From contig CANQVU010000001.1 in the NCBI GenBank assembly GCA_947627415.1, positions 28,369 through 92,368 of the forward strand: DNA of 64,000 bases, in the 5' to 3' direction. This document shows positions 1 to 10,015 of this stretch, in pieces (the stretch's first letter is position 1; the number at the start of each line of letters is the position of its first letter). Position numbers and translations under genes: made by a program. Source of the stretch: an uncultured Clostridia bacterium (GTDB taxonomy: Bacteria; Bacillota; Clostridia; TANB77; CAG-508). Under the pieces are notes generated by a model. It saw only the letters and a program-made list of their open reading frames with translations. It made no database searches and had not been told where the DNA came from.

Positions 1-401
1 CAAACATCTGCTTTTTCCTGAACATTATAAGCATTGGTTAAAATAAGTTTATCATATTCAATAGCATATTTTTTTAACCACTCAATGGTCATATTATAAG
101 GATCAGAATATTCTCTATTATCTCTACCACTAATGATACATATATAATGTCCCTTATCTCTTAACTCTTTTATGTATTTAGAACAATCTTTAATTGGCTT
201 AAATAAATTTGCTAATCTTTCAATATTATCATGATAATATTGTTGTTCTTCATCTTGTGTCCAATCAAATATATCTCTTATATAAACATTATTTTTGATT
301 ATACCATTATTTCTTAATTCTTTATCGTGGTTAATATAATCATTTAATAATACTTCATTAAAATTTGATAAAACATTATCAATATCGATACCAATACGCA
401 T
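1..401 (-). CDS. HAD-superfamily 5'(3')-deoxyribonucleotidase-like protein, N-terminal part (3' end outside window)
   Basis: Absent from the ORF track because there is no stop in the window. Reverse translation from the ATG at 399-401 gives MRIGIDIDNVLSNFNEVLLNDY..., with a DxD HAD motif. It is paralogous to 58127-58693 and 58709-59296. Confidence 0.6.
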   Translation of the reverse strand, partial: MRIGIDIDNVLSNFNEVLLNDYINHDKELRNNGIIKNNVYIRDIFDWTQDEEQQYYHDNIERLANLFKPIKDCSKYIKELRDKGHYICIISGRDNREYSDPYNMTIEWLKKYAIEYDKLILTNAYNVQEKADV

Positions 402-431
402 ATCTCACCTCGATTTATAATGGCTTAAAGC

Positions 432-3185
432 TTATTTACCACAGCAGTTCTTATATTTCTTGCCACTTCCACAAGGACAAGGGTCATTTCTTCCTACTTT
501 AGGTTCATTATTTACAATAGGAGTATGAGTAACTTCTTTGCTTTCTTTTGGCATGTCTCTTCTAATAGCATCTGTAGCTTCTTGAAGACCTTGTTTTGTT
601 ATTTTTACAGTTTGTTTTCTTTCTAAGTTTTGAACCCTATTGATGTTCATCAATATCTTAACAACATCTATTTTTATATCATTAACCATTTGGTCAAACA
701 TATCAAATCCTTCTATTCTATATTGAACAACTGGATCTTTTTGTCCATAAGCTCTAAGTCCTATTCCATCTTTTAACTCATCCATTGCATCGATATGATC
801 CATCCATTTTTGGTCAACTACTTTTAACATAACAACTCTTTCAAGTTCTGATAATTGATTTTCTCCAATTTCTTTTTCTTTTTCATTATATTTGTCAAAT
901 GCCTTCTGCTTTAATTCTTCTATTACTTTTTGTTCATTTATGCTTTTTGTATCTAAATTTTCAAGAGTAGATATTCCAAATATTGTTTTTGTATCTTGTA
1001 GTAATCCTTCTTTATTAAATTCAGAATCTGATATATGAGTTGTAACTGTTTCTTCAGCTACACTTCCTATCATATTAAGTATGTTATCATGAATATTCTC
1101 ACCATCTAGAACTTGTCTTCTTTGTTTATATATTATTTCTCTTTGAGTATTCATAACATCGTCATATTGAAGAACGTGCTTACGAATACTAAAATGCTTT
1201 CCTTCTACTTTTCTTTGTGCGCTTTCAACTGCTCTAGACAATATTCCCATTTGAAGGGGCATATCTTCATCTGCGCCAAGTGTATTATACACAGATGTAA
1301 CCATATCTCCACCAAATATTTTCATTAAATCATCATCTAGTGCAATATAGAATCTAGTTTCTCCTATGTCTCCTTGACGTCCACTACGACCACGAAGCTG
1401 ATTATCTATTCTTCTTGATTCATGTCTTTCTGTACCAATTATTTTAAGTCCACCAGCATCTATTACTTTTTGTTTTTCATCTTTAATTTCTTTTTCAAAT
1501 TTTTCTTCATATTCTGCAAATGTCTTTCTTGCATTTAAGATTTCTTCATCATCTGTTTCGTTGTGAGCAGTAGCTTCTTCCACTAATTCATCGCTAAATC
1601 CATGTTTTTTCATCTCTTGCTTTGCTAAAAATTCGCTATTTCCTCCAAGCATAATATCAGTACCACGACCTGCCATATTTGTAGCAATTGTTACTGCTCC
1701 ATATTTACCTGCTTGAGCAATTATTTGAGCCTCTTTTTCGTGATATTTAGCATTTAATACTTCATGTTTTATTCCTTCCCTTTTTAAAATACTACTTAAT
1801 TTTTCAGATTTTTCAATAGAAACTGTACCAACAAGAACTGGCTGACCTTTTTTATAGCTTTCTTTGATATCTTCTACAACTGCTTTAAATTTAGCATTTT
1901 CGTTTTTATAAATAATATCATTATTATCAATTCTTATCATAGGCTTATTTGTTGGAATTGAAATTACATCCAAATTATATATTTCTCTAAATTCGTTTTC
2001 TTCTGTCATAGCAGTACCAGTCATACCTGAAAGCTTATCATACATTCTAAAGTAATTTTGAAATGTTATTGTAGCAAGTGTTTTTGATTCATTTGCTATT
2101 TTTACATTTTCTTTTGCTTCTATTGCTTGATGTAAACCATTGCTATATCTTCTACCATACATAATTCTTCCTGTAAATTCATCAACAATTAAAACTTCTC
2201 CGTCCTTTACTATGTAATCAATATCTCTTTTCATTACTCCATGTGCATGAAGTGCTTGATTTATATGATGAACAATATCAGAATTATCTATATCATTTAA
2301 ATTCTCTAATTTAAAAAAATCCTCTGCCTTTTTTATTCCCTTTTGTGTAAGAGATGCAGATTTTGCTTTTAAATCTACTATATAATCATATTTTTCATTA
2401 TCTTCTGCCTGATCAAAATCTTTTACATCCTCTTCAACTAAAACTTTTGGTTTTAATTTTTTTACAAAATCATTTGCTTGCTTATACAAAATGGATGATT
2501 CTTCAGCTGTTCCAGATATAATTAAAGGTGTACGAGCTTCATCTATCAATATACTATCTATCTCATCTACTATTGCATAATTTAATGGTCTTTGAACCAT
2601 TTGATCTTTGTATATAACCATATTGTCTCTTAGATAATCAAATCCATATTCATTGTTTGTACCATAAGTAATATCACAATTGTATGCTTCTTTTTTTTGA
2701 TTATTATCCATACCCGCAATTACAAGTCCTACTGAAAGTCCTAAGAATTTATATAGTTTTCCCATCCACTCACTATCTCTTTTAGCTAAATAATCATTTA
2801 CAGTTACAACATGAACTCCTTTTCCAGATAAAGCATTTAAATATACAGGTAACGTTGCAACTAAAGTTTTTCCTTCACCTGTTTTCATCTCAGCTATTCT
2901 TCCTTGATGAAGAATAATTCCACCTATTAGTTGGACATCAAAATGTCTCATTCCAAGAACTCTTTTTGATGCTTCACGAACTACTGCAAAGCTTTCTGGA
3001 AGTATATCGTCTAATGTTTCTCCATTTGATAATCTTTCCTTAAATTCTACTGTTTTATTTTTTAGTTCATTATCAGAAAGTTTTGATATACTTTCTTCCA
3101 AGTTATTTATCTTTACAACTATTGGCATTACTCTTTTCACTTCTTTATCACTGTATGAACCAAATATTTTGTTTAATAATCCCAT
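432..3185 (-). CDS. secA: preprotein translocase ATPase SecA
   Basis: 917 aa ORF with the Walker A motif [13 protein letters not shown]-like motor motifs and the C-terminal zinc finger [15 protein letters not shown]. Confidence 0.97.
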   Translation of the reverse strand: MGLLNKIFGSYSDKEVKRVMPIVVKINNLEESISKLSDNELKNKTVEFKERLSNGETLDDILPESFAVVREASKRVLGMRHFDVQLIGGIILHQGRIAEMKTGEGKTLVATLPVYLNALSGKGVHVVTVNDYLAKRDSEWMGKLYKFLGLSVGLVIAGMDNNQKKEAYNCDITYGTNNEYGFDYLRDNMVIYKDQMVQRPLNYAIVDEIDSILIDEARTPLIISGTAEESSILYKQANDFVKKLKPKVLVEEDVKDFDQAEDNEKYDYIVDLKAKSASLTQKGIKKAEDFFKLENLNDIDNSDIVHHINQALHAHGVMKRDIDYIVKDGEVLIVDEFTGRIMYGRRYSNGLHQAIEAKENVKIANESKTLATITFQNYFRMYDKLSGMTGTAMTEENEFREIYNLDVISIPTNKPMIRIDNNDIIYKNENAKFKAVVEDIKESYKKGQPVLVGTVSIEKSEKLSSILKREGIKHEVLNAKYHEKEAQIIAQAGKYGAVTIATNMAGRGTDIMLGGNSEFLAKQEMKKHGFSDELVEEATAHNETDDEEILNARKTFAEYEEKFEKEIKDEKQKVIDAGGLKIIGTERHESRRIDNQLRGRSGRQGDIGETRFYIALDDDLMKIFGGDMVTSVYNTLGADEDMPLQMGILSRAVESAQRKVEGKHFSIRKHVLQYDDVMNTQREIIYKQRRQVLDGENIHDNILNMIGSVAEETVTTHISDSEFNKEGLLQDTKTIFGISTLENLDTKSINEQKVIEELKQKAFDKYNEKEKEIGENQLSELERVVMLKVVDQKWMDHIDAMDELKDGIGLRAYGQKDPVVQYRIEGFDMFDQMVNDIKIDVVKILMNINRVQNLERKQTVKITKQGLQEATDAIRRDMPKESKEVTHTPIVNNEPKVGRNDPCPCGSGKKYKNCCGK

Positions 3186-3296
3186 GTTTTAACCTTCTTT
3201 CTAACTTCTAATTTTCTAATCTCTAACAACTAAATAATATATCATGAACTAGCATATATTGCAAGAATTTAACATATAATTTAAAAGAAAATGTTA

Positions 3297-3483
3297 AATA
3301 AATTGTAATTTGTGTAATTGTTTTTAAATTAATTTGATTAGTAAAATAGTTTAAATATAATTTTTGAAATAGGAGCTTCGAATCCAAAATTATTATGAAA
3401 TAATAATTTTTGTGAAGAAGGACGTCTTGAAAAAATTATATTAAACTATTTTACAGTAATAAATAAGACAAACAACAATTTAT
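3297..3483. repeat. MITE/REP-like intergenic element, copy 5 (inverted orientation, divergent interior)
   Basis: Starts aataaattgtaatttgtgt and ends gacaaacaacaatttat, which are the two family termini in reverse orientation. The interior carries a long inverted repeat, gtaaaatagtttaaatataattttt / aaaaattatattaaactattttac. Confidence 0.6.
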
Positions 3484-3500
3484 ACGAGAGGATTGATTTT

Positions 3501-4043
3501 ATGTTTATATATAATTTCAAGTTTAATGGAAAAGCATTAGTAAAAATTTTACTTGTTATTGTAGCAATAGCAGTAACTTTGTATTTTGCTATATCCACAT
3601 ATAAAATATATCAAAGTAGCTTTAAAGTAAAAGATGAAATAGATGAAAACAAAATAATGTATTTGACAGCTGAAAACTATACAAATATTTTAAAATCTGT
3701 GCATAATGATGTAGATAGTTATGTAGGTAAAAAAATTTGTTTTACAGGTTATGTCTATAGAGCACTAGACTTTAAGGAAACAGAATTTGTTTTAGCAAGG
3801 GATATGATAATAAGTTCTGACATGCAAACATTAATAGTTGGTTTTTTATGTGACTGTAAGAATGCAAAAGATTTTGAAAATGAATCTTGGGTTGAAATAA
3901 TAGGAGAAATTTCTAAAGGTTCATATCATGGAGATATGCCAATTATTGAAATAAAAGAAATTAAACAGATAGAAAAACCAAAAGACGATATATATGTATA
4001 TCCACCTGATGATACATACATTCCAACATCTGCTATATTTTAA
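3501..4043 (+). CDS. membrane-anchored protein of unknown function
   Basis: 180 aa ORF preceded by RBS gagagg. It has one N-terminal TM helix (ALVKILLVIVAIAVTLYFAI). No family confidently recognised. Confidence 0.5.
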   Translation: MFIYNFKFNGKALVKILLVIVAIAVTLYFAISTYKIYQSSFKVKDEIDENKIMYLTAENYTNILKSVHNDVDSYVGKKICFTGYVYRALDFKETEFVLARDMIISSDMQTLIVGFLCDCKNAKDFENESWVEIIGEISKGSYHGDMPIIEIKEIKQIEKPKDDIYVYPPDDTYIPTSAIF

Positions 4044-4050
4044 ACTCAAA

Positions 4051-4079
4051 AGTTCTATGTCATATAATGGCATAGAACT
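4051..4079. terminator. hairpin between convergent genes
   Basis: agttctatg / catagaact stem with an 11-nt loop. The flanking T runs are weak. Confidence 0.45.
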
Positions 4080-4095
4080 TTAATTAGAACATTCA

Positions 4096-4311
4096 TTAAA
4101 ATTCTATTTGAGGAATATATAATCCAGAATCATATATATATCCTTTATTTTCAATAAAATCTTCATAAATGTCCATCTTGGGAAGAATATACATAGTAAC
4201 TCCATCAACAAAAGCAAAGTTGCTGTTGTTAGAATTATAGTGTTTATCCTTACCCATTTGTGAGGTAAACATCTGAACTGCAGATTCCCTCAAATTTTCG
4301 AGTGTCATCAT
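4096..4311 (-). CDS. hypothetical protein (71 aa)
   Basis: ORF only; an RBS-like gagagg lies upstream. Confidence 0.4.
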   Translation of the reverse strand: MMTLENLRESAVQMFTSQMGKDKHYNSNNSNFAFVDGVTMYILPKMDIYEDFIENKGYIYDSGLYIPQIEF

Positions 4312-4501
4312 TTAAATAACCTCTCTTATTTATTTGTGCAATCAAATTACACATGAATTTATTATATCATTTTATGTTAATATTTGCAAATCTATTATTT
4401 GAATATTTAGTAAATATGTGATATAATTATTTTATTCATATTATATGAACTCTACTATTCAAATGAATAGTAAAAAAAAGTTAAGGAGGGGCAATAATAA
4501 T

Positions 4502-4702
4502 ATGAACCGACTGGAGAAAATTCAGTTTATTAGGCATAGTCACCCTAAACTCTATATTGACTTGAAGGAAAAGATTGAAGACTTCGGCAAAGAATGGTGG
4601 CGGCCTACAGAAAAAGAATTAAAGGACTATAATAAAATTGTTGCAGAGTATTGTAAAGAAAATTGTAACAATGATCTGGCAAAAATGTTATCTTTGCCAT
4701 AA
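4502..4702 (+). CDS. hypothetical small protein (66 aa)
   Basis: ATG at 4502 follows the strong RBS aaggagggg, and a terminator lies downstream. Codon usage is atypically GC-rich (CGA, CTG, CGG, GGC, CAC). Confidence 0.5.
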   Translation: MNRLEKIQFIRHSHPKLYIDLKEKIEDFGKEWWRPTEKELKDYNKIVAEYCKENCNNDLAKMLSLP

Positions 4703-4712
4703 TTGCCTTTAA

Positions 4713-4740
4713 TCCCCCATCTTTGGGGGATTTTCTCTTT
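4713..4740 (+). terminator. rho-independent terminator
   Basis: tccccca-tcttt-tggggga stem-loop followed by ttttctcttt. Confidence 0.75.
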
Positions 4741-5837
4741 ATTTTCTGTCTAAAATTGTTTTTACTATTCCGTTATCTATCATTGTTTCAAATACATTTT
4801 GTAATATTATCAGTATTATTGGACCAATAAATAATCCTATTAATCCAGATAGCTTAAATCCTGTATACATTGCAATAAGAGTAAATATTGGATGTATACC
4901 TATATGTCCACTAACTATTCTAGGCTCTAGTATTTGACGGACAATTATAATTATTGCATATAATATAAGTAGAGATATTCCTAGTTTTAAATCGCCGTTA
5001 ACAGCCGATATTATCGCCCAAGGTATCATCACAGTTCCAGAACCGAAGTATTGGAAGTGCATCTACAAATCCAATTCCAAGTGCTGCAAGAAGTGGATAA
5101 CCAACATTTAATCCTATCCATTTAAAAATATATAATCCTATTAGTACTTCTATAAAAGATATTAATACTAATGTTGCTTCAGCTTTCAAATATCCACCTA
5201 ATGTTGTAATTAATTTTCTTAAATGTATTCCAAATTTTTTTACCCAAATTCTTGGAAAATGATGTTCTAATTGGTCTAGTATATAAAGCCTATCTGCGCA
5301 TATAAAATATGTTGAAAGTACTGTAATTACAATGTATATGCCTATAATTGGCAATGATGTAATACCTTGTAAAATTGATGTTAAAAAATTACTTATCCAC
5401 TCACTTATAAAATCTATAAAATTATTAACTGATGTTTGTAGTATTACTATTACTTGATTAGGTATTTCTATTCTATCAAATTCAATGTTTGTAATATATT
5501 TTTGTATTTGATTATATATTTTTTCTATATATATATTCAAACTTTGTAATAAATTAGATGATTCTGTAACTAAGCTTATTGCTCCAAAAGTTATAATACT
5601 TATTAATATTGCAAATATACATAATAAAACTATTATTGCACTACTTTTCCTCGTTAACTTAGTTTTTCTATTTATAAATTTTATAAGTGGTTCAATTAAC
5701 AGAGATATTATAAAGCCTATTAAAAATGGTACATAAAATAAAGCTAATTTAAAAGATAAATATATGGCAACTAAGGTAATTATTAATATTAAAATTTTTC
5801 TAAAAACTTTTGTAAAATATCCCATGTCTATTACCAA
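4739..5837 (-). pseudogene. ytvI: sporulation integral membrane protein YtvI / AI-2E family transporter, frame broken once
   Basis: Track fragments 4998-5837 and 4739-5062 join as ...VDALPIL|GSGTVMIPWAI... when the extra base at 5045 is removed (coding CTT-C-GGT). The protein is multi-TM. Confidence 0.75.
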
Positions 5838-5916
5838 AACTTATACACTCCTTATCTAATTAGCTTGTACTATAAATATATGTAAAAGCAAAGCAAATAT
5901 GCGATTTAGAAATAAA

Positions 5917-6087
5917 ATAAATTGTTGTTTGAGCGTCCGGACGTGAGGAAAAAATTTATTTCACAGAAATGGAATTTTTTCCTCCGTCCTAGCGAATTGG
6001 TGGAAATTCAGGGCAGTCCCTTTTTTTCCCTTTTGGGAAAAAAGAGGAACAGTCCCTAGAATTTCCTCTCACAAATTACAATTTATT
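5917..6087. repeat. MITE/REP-like intergenic element, copy 1 (long form)
   Basis: Termini are ataaattgttgtttg ... cacaaattacaatttat. It carries the module gagcgtccggacgtgaggaaaaaattt...aattttttcctccgtcc and two cagtccc boxes flanking a central hairpin. Confidence 0.8.
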
Positions 6088-6523
6088 CTGCATTTTTAGG
6101 ATTTTGATTACATTTGCATATTCCTTCTACTGTTTCTGATATCTCTTCAGATGTTACATTCTGATTGTTTGCTAAATCTCCCACAGTTATTATTCCAACA
6201 ATCACATCATTTTCTACTACAGGTACTCTTCTTACTTGACAATCACACATTATTTTTCTTGCTTCTGATATATCTGCATCTGGAGATACATTAAATACTT
6301 TTGTTGTCATTACTTCACTTACAGGTGTTTGTTTAATATCTTTTTCGCATGCTAAACTTCTTAAGATTAAATCTCTATCTGTTACTAATCCAACTACCTT
6401 ATTATTATCACATACTGGTATACAACCTACATGTTTATTAAGCATTAATTTAGCAACATCTGATATTTTAGAATTTGGATTAACACATGCAACTTCACTG
6501 CACATACATTCTTTTACTTTCAT
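6083..6523 (-). CDS. CBS domain-containing protein
   Basis: 146 aa with a tandem CBS pair signature (VGLVTDRDLI ... VGIITVGDL). Confidence 0.8.
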   Translation of the reverse strand: MKVKECMCSEVACVNPNSKISDVAKLMLNKHVGCIPVCDNNKVVGLVTDRDLILRSLACEKDIKQTPVSEVMTTKVFNVSPDADISEARKIMCDCQVRRVPVVENDVIVGIITVGDLANNQNVTSEEISETVEGICKCNQNPKNAE

Positions 6524-6679
6524 ATTTTTCCTCCTCTAAATTTAATATATATTTATTTTGTATCTCTTTTGGAAAAATATGCAAAAAAATAGACAAATAT
6601 TAAATTTCCTTTTTTAATCACTGGATAGAGGCAAAAATCTCCTCGTTAAAAATTTTTACCTCACATCCATATATTCATT

Positions 6680-7273
6680 CTAAAAATATCTTGGCCTTTG
6701 TGAAGGTCCCATTGGTGGCCTTCCATTTCCAGGTCTTGGAGGCTGTGGCATTGATGGGCCTACTGGTCCCATTGGTGGCCTTCCACTTGGGGGAAATGGT
6801 GGTCTCATAGGTGGTCTTCCTGGTCTACCCCATTCTCTAAGTAATAATATTTTAATTAAATCTCTAAGTAAGAAATTAGTTTGTCTAGTTTCTTTTGTTT
6901 GAGTTTTAACTTCCTCTTTTGCGTTAGGATTTATTACATCTCCATTCTTAAGAGGAGGTTGATTTCTTATGCAAGATTGTTCCTCCTGTTCTGGCTCAAC
7001 ATTATTATAAATTTCATCTGTCATTTGATTTAATAAATCTTTTGTAAGTTCTCTATTTGAATTTGTATTACACGCTTTACAAACCATTGGATATATTAAC
7101 TTATATATCTCTGGATAAAAAGGTGTCAAATCTTGCATTTGCCCAATAGGCATTACATCATTTGAATAATTATAGATATCTTCTTGTTCATCAGTATATG
7201 TATAATCATTTCCCACATATGGCGAATATCCAAGTACACTTCTCATATACTCTTCGTAATTTTGATAGTTCAT
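6680..7273 (-). CDS. hypothetical protein with proline-rich C-terminal repeats
   Basis: 197 aa. The C-terminus reads GRPGRPPMRPPFPPSGRPPMGPVGPSMPQPPRPGNGRPPMGPSQRPRYF, and the DNA direct repeat cccattggtggccttcca occurs twice. Confidence 0.6.
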   Translation of the reverse strand: MNYQNYEEYMRSVLGYSPYVGNDYTYTDEQEDIYNYSNDVMPIGQMQDLTPFYPEIYKLIYPMVCKACNTNSNRELTKDLLNQMTDEIYNNVEPEQEEQSCIRNQPPLKNGDVINPNAKEEVKTQTKETRQTNFLLRDLIKILLLREWGRPGRPPMRPPFPPSGRPPMGPVGPSMPQPPRPGNGRPPMGPSQRPRYF

Positions 7274-7370
7274 TATCCAACCTCCTAATTTATAGATGTT
7301 ATATTATATGCTAAACATTTCTATTTAGTGCAAAAAAATAAAAGATTATATTCAATTTATAATCTTTTAG

Positions 7371-7547
7371 ATAAATTGTTGTTTGAGCGTCTGGACGTGA
7401 GGAAAAAATTTATTTCGCAGAAATGGAATTTTTTCCTCCGTCCTAGCGAATTGGTGGGAATTCAGGACAGTCCCCAAAATCCCCAAAATTGGTGATTTTT
7501 AGGGACAGTCCCTAGAATTCCCATCACACAAACAAATTACAATTTAT
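7371..7547. repeat. MITE/REP-like intergenic element, copy 2 (long form)
   Basis: Near-identical to copy 1 across the termini and the gaggaaaaaatt hairpin module. Its central hairpin is aaaatcccca-aaat-tggtgatttt. Confidence 0.85.
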
Positions 7548-8937
7548 TAACTAAATCTTTAAATTTGTTTCCTCTTTCTTCAAAATTTTTAAACATATCA
7601 AAACTTGCGCTTGCTGGAGAAAATAGAACTATATCTCCTTTTTTACTTACTTCTTTTGCCTTATTTACTGCTTCTTCAAGAGCTGTAGTTTTAAAAATGT
7701 CCATTTTTTTATTTTTTAAATTTAATAATTGAGTAACCTCATGATATATTTTATCTGAAGTTTGGCCAAGTAAAATTAACTTAGATACTTTATTTATAAT
7801 TGGCTGGGCTAGTGGTTTATAATCTAAATGTTTATCATATCCTCCTGCTATTAAAACTATTTCCTCGTCAAATGAATTTAATCCTGCAATTGTTCTTGTT
7901 GGACTAGAAGCAATCGAATCATTATACCATTTTACACCATTTATTTCCTTAACAAATTCTAATCTATGATTAACTCCTGAAAAATTAGATACAGCTCTTA
8001 TTTGTGAGTCGTTTGATGCTATACTACTAGTTGCTGCAATCGCAGCACATATATTTTCACAGTTATGTATTCCTCTTAATTTAATATTTTTTGTATTCAC
8101 TAGGTGCCTTCTTAATCCATTATCGCATTCTTTTATAATTCCATTATCCAATATTAAACCATTATCTAATTTTTCTTTACTGCTAAAATATATAACCTTA
8201 GATTTCGCTATTTTTGCAAATTCTTTTGTTATTTCATTATCATAATTTAAAATTAATAAATTATCTTCATTTTGATACTTAAAAATATTTGCTTTAGATT
8301 GTATATATTCTTCATATGATTTATGTATATCTAAATGATTTGGAGTAATATTAGTAATTACTGCTATATTAGGACTTATATTCATTGTCATCAATTGAAA
8401 ACTACTTAATTCAAGTACTACATAGTCTTCAGGCTTCATATCAGATATCTTTGTAAATAGAGGAATACCTATATTACCACCTAGATAACAATTTAAGTTT
8501 TCTTCTTTTAAGATTTCATATATTAATGATGTAGTTGTTGTCTTTCCATCGCTACCTGTTACACCTATCGTTGTACTAGGACATAATTCTAGAACTAATT
8601 CTATTTCAGATGTTAGTATTGCACCACGATCTATCTCTTCTTCTATTTCTGGTAAATCTGGCCTACATGAAGGACTCCTAAATATAACATCAAAGCCATT
8701 TAATTTTGACAAATAATTTTCTCCAAACGAGTAATCTATTTTATAGTCATATATCTTATCTAATATACTAGTATCTAATTTGTCTATTGGCTTATTACTA
8801 AAGAGCATTATTCTAGTGCCTAAATTATGTAGATAATCTATTAGAGGAATATTACTTACTCCCAAACCTATTATTGCAACTTTTTTATTTTTTATATAAT
8901 TATTAAATTCTTCTAACTTTTTATTTACAAATTTCAT
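7537..8937 (-). CDS. murD: UDP-N-acetylmuramoylalanine--D-glutamate ligase
   Basis: Starts MKFVNKKLEEF..VAIIGLGVSN and carries the Mur ligase P-loop GVTGSDGKTTT. The longer track ORF (to 9102) is an upstream read-through into cinA. Confidence 0.93.
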   Translation of the reverse strand: MKFVNKKLEEFNNYIKNKKVAIIGLGVSNIPLIDYLHNLGTRIMLFSNKPIDKLDTSILDKIYDYKIDYSFGENYLSKLNGFDVIFRSPSCRPDLPEIEEEIDRGAILTSEIELVLELCPSTTIGVTGSDGKTTTTSLIYEILKEENLNCYLGGNIGIPLFTKISDMKPEDYVVLELSSFQLMTMNISPNIAVITNITPNHLDIHKSYEEYIQSKANIFKYQNEDNLLILNYDNEITKEFAKIAKSKVIYFSSKEKLDNGLILDNGIIKECDNGLRRHLVNTKNIKLRGIHNCENICAAIAATSSIASNDSQIRAVSNFSGVNHRLEFVKEINGVKWYNDSIASSPTRTIAGLNSFDEEIVLIAGGYDKHLDYKPLAQPIINKVSKLILLGQTSDKIYHEVTQLLNLKNKKMDIFKTTALEEAVNKAKEVSKKGDIVLFSPASASFDMFKNFEERGNKFKDLVNKL

Positions 8938-9388
8938 ATAATCTCTCCTTAATATACTTAATGATATTTTTTTTCTTTTCAAGTCTTGTTTTACCAGTTG
9001 TTTTAATTTTATAATCATGATATTGGTTAGTTTCTTTGTCATATATTGTGATATATACCGAATTAATTTCATCACTTTTATTATTAGGATCAATTGTTCC
9101 AAGCATTCCTGTTATTCCAACTGAAAAATCAGAATTTGCTATTTTAGAAGATACTCTTGCCATTTCTCTTGACACTTCATTGCTGTAAACAGTATATTCA
9201 TTTATTATTTTATTTGATACTCCAAAATATTCTTTATATTTATTAGAATAGGTAACTAATCCCAGTTTAAAAACTTGACTCGAACCATCAATATTTGTAA
9301 TTTCGCTTGCAAACATTCCCCCTGTACATGATTCCATAGATGAAATAGTTTTTTTCTTTTTTATTAATAAATTTACCAATTTTTCCAT
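8921..9388 (-). CDS. CinA-family nicotinamide-nucleotide amidohydrolase (PncC-like domain)
   Basis: 155 aa with the CinA C-terminal domain signature SSMESCTGGMFASEITNIDGSS..GLVTYSN. Confidence 0.8.
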   Translation of the reverse strand: MEKLVNLLIKKKKTISSMESCTGGMFASEITNIDGSSQVFKLGLVTYSNKYKEYFGVSNKIINEYTVYSNEVSREMARVSSKIANSDFSVGITGMLGTIDPNNKSDEINSVYITIYDKETNQYHDYKIKTTGKTRLEKKKNIIKYIKERLYEICK

Positions 9389-9535
9389 AAATTACCTCTT
9401 CACTGCTTTTAAACACAAAATTTTATATATTGAATTATATAACAAAAAACAATATTTAACAAATTTTTAATAGAATATTTTTTTTAATTTTGTAGATAAT
9501 AAAATCGTAAGAAAAAAAATGGAGGTGCTTTGATT

Positions 9536-9655
9536 ATGGAAAATAACAAAAATAAACAAAATCAACAAAACAAAAACAGCAAAAACAATAACAATAATAG
9601 AAATGAAAGAATTGATAACAACAATAATAATCAAGAAAATAATAATTGTAGATAA
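9536..9655 (+). CDS. small Asn/Gln/Lys-rich peptide (39 aa), putative
   Basis: Not in the track because it is under 60 aa. RBS ggaggtg lies 8 nt upstream of the ATG. The product is MENNKNKQNQQNKNSKNNNNNRNERIDNNNNNQENNNCR, and a strong hairpin follows. Confidence 0.4.
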   Translation: MENNKNKQNQQNKNSKNNNNNRNERIDNNNNNQENNNCR

Positions 9656-9664
9656 TTATAATAA

Positions 9665-9697
9665 AACAAAAAGAAGGAATTATTCCTTCTTTTTGTT
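9665..9697. terminator. bidirectional rho-independent terminator
   Basis: aacaaaaagaaggaat / attccttctttttgtt near-perfect palindrome with A and T runs on either side. Confidence 0.75.
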
Positions 9698-9701
9698 TTA
9701 T

Positions 9702-9959
9702 TTACCTATCCATTCCATGTCTTACATCATCACAGAACGTTGGAGTATTATTATCATTCCATGCTTTAGTTATATGTAGCTCTCCTTGTTTATTTGCATC
9801 ATTCAATGCTATTCTATTGCCTATGAGTTTTTGAATATCACTTAGACTTAAGTTTCCGTTATTATATATACCAGTAACTGTTTCATTATTTTCATTTAAA
9901 AAAGTTATTTTAATTCCATTTTCCGCTTTTTCGGCAGCTAATAATTTTACTTGAGACAT
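9702..9959 (-). CDS. hypothetical protein (85 aa)
   Basis: ORF with RBS aaggaggtaa upstream; no family recognised. Confidence 0.5.
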   Translation of the reverse strand: MSQVKLLAAEKAENGIKITFLNENNETVTGIYNNGNLSLSDIQKLIGNRIALNDANKQGELHITKAWNDNNTPTFCDDVRHGMDR

Positions 9960-10015
9960 AGGCTTACCTCCTTAATATTTTTATATTATACATCATATAT
10001 ATAAATTAATCAATA

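Noticed and set aside
4561-4610. TTC-GGC and TGG-CGG in the 4502-4702 ORF as additional shift sites.
   Set aside because: The ORF reads through in a single frame to a stop placed just before a terminator. A +1 shift at either position gives rapid termination.
8938-9102. N-terminal extension of the murD ORF (track start at 9102).
   Set aside because: The extension overlaps the cinA-like gene in another frame. The conserved MurD N-terminus begins at the ATG at 8935-8937.
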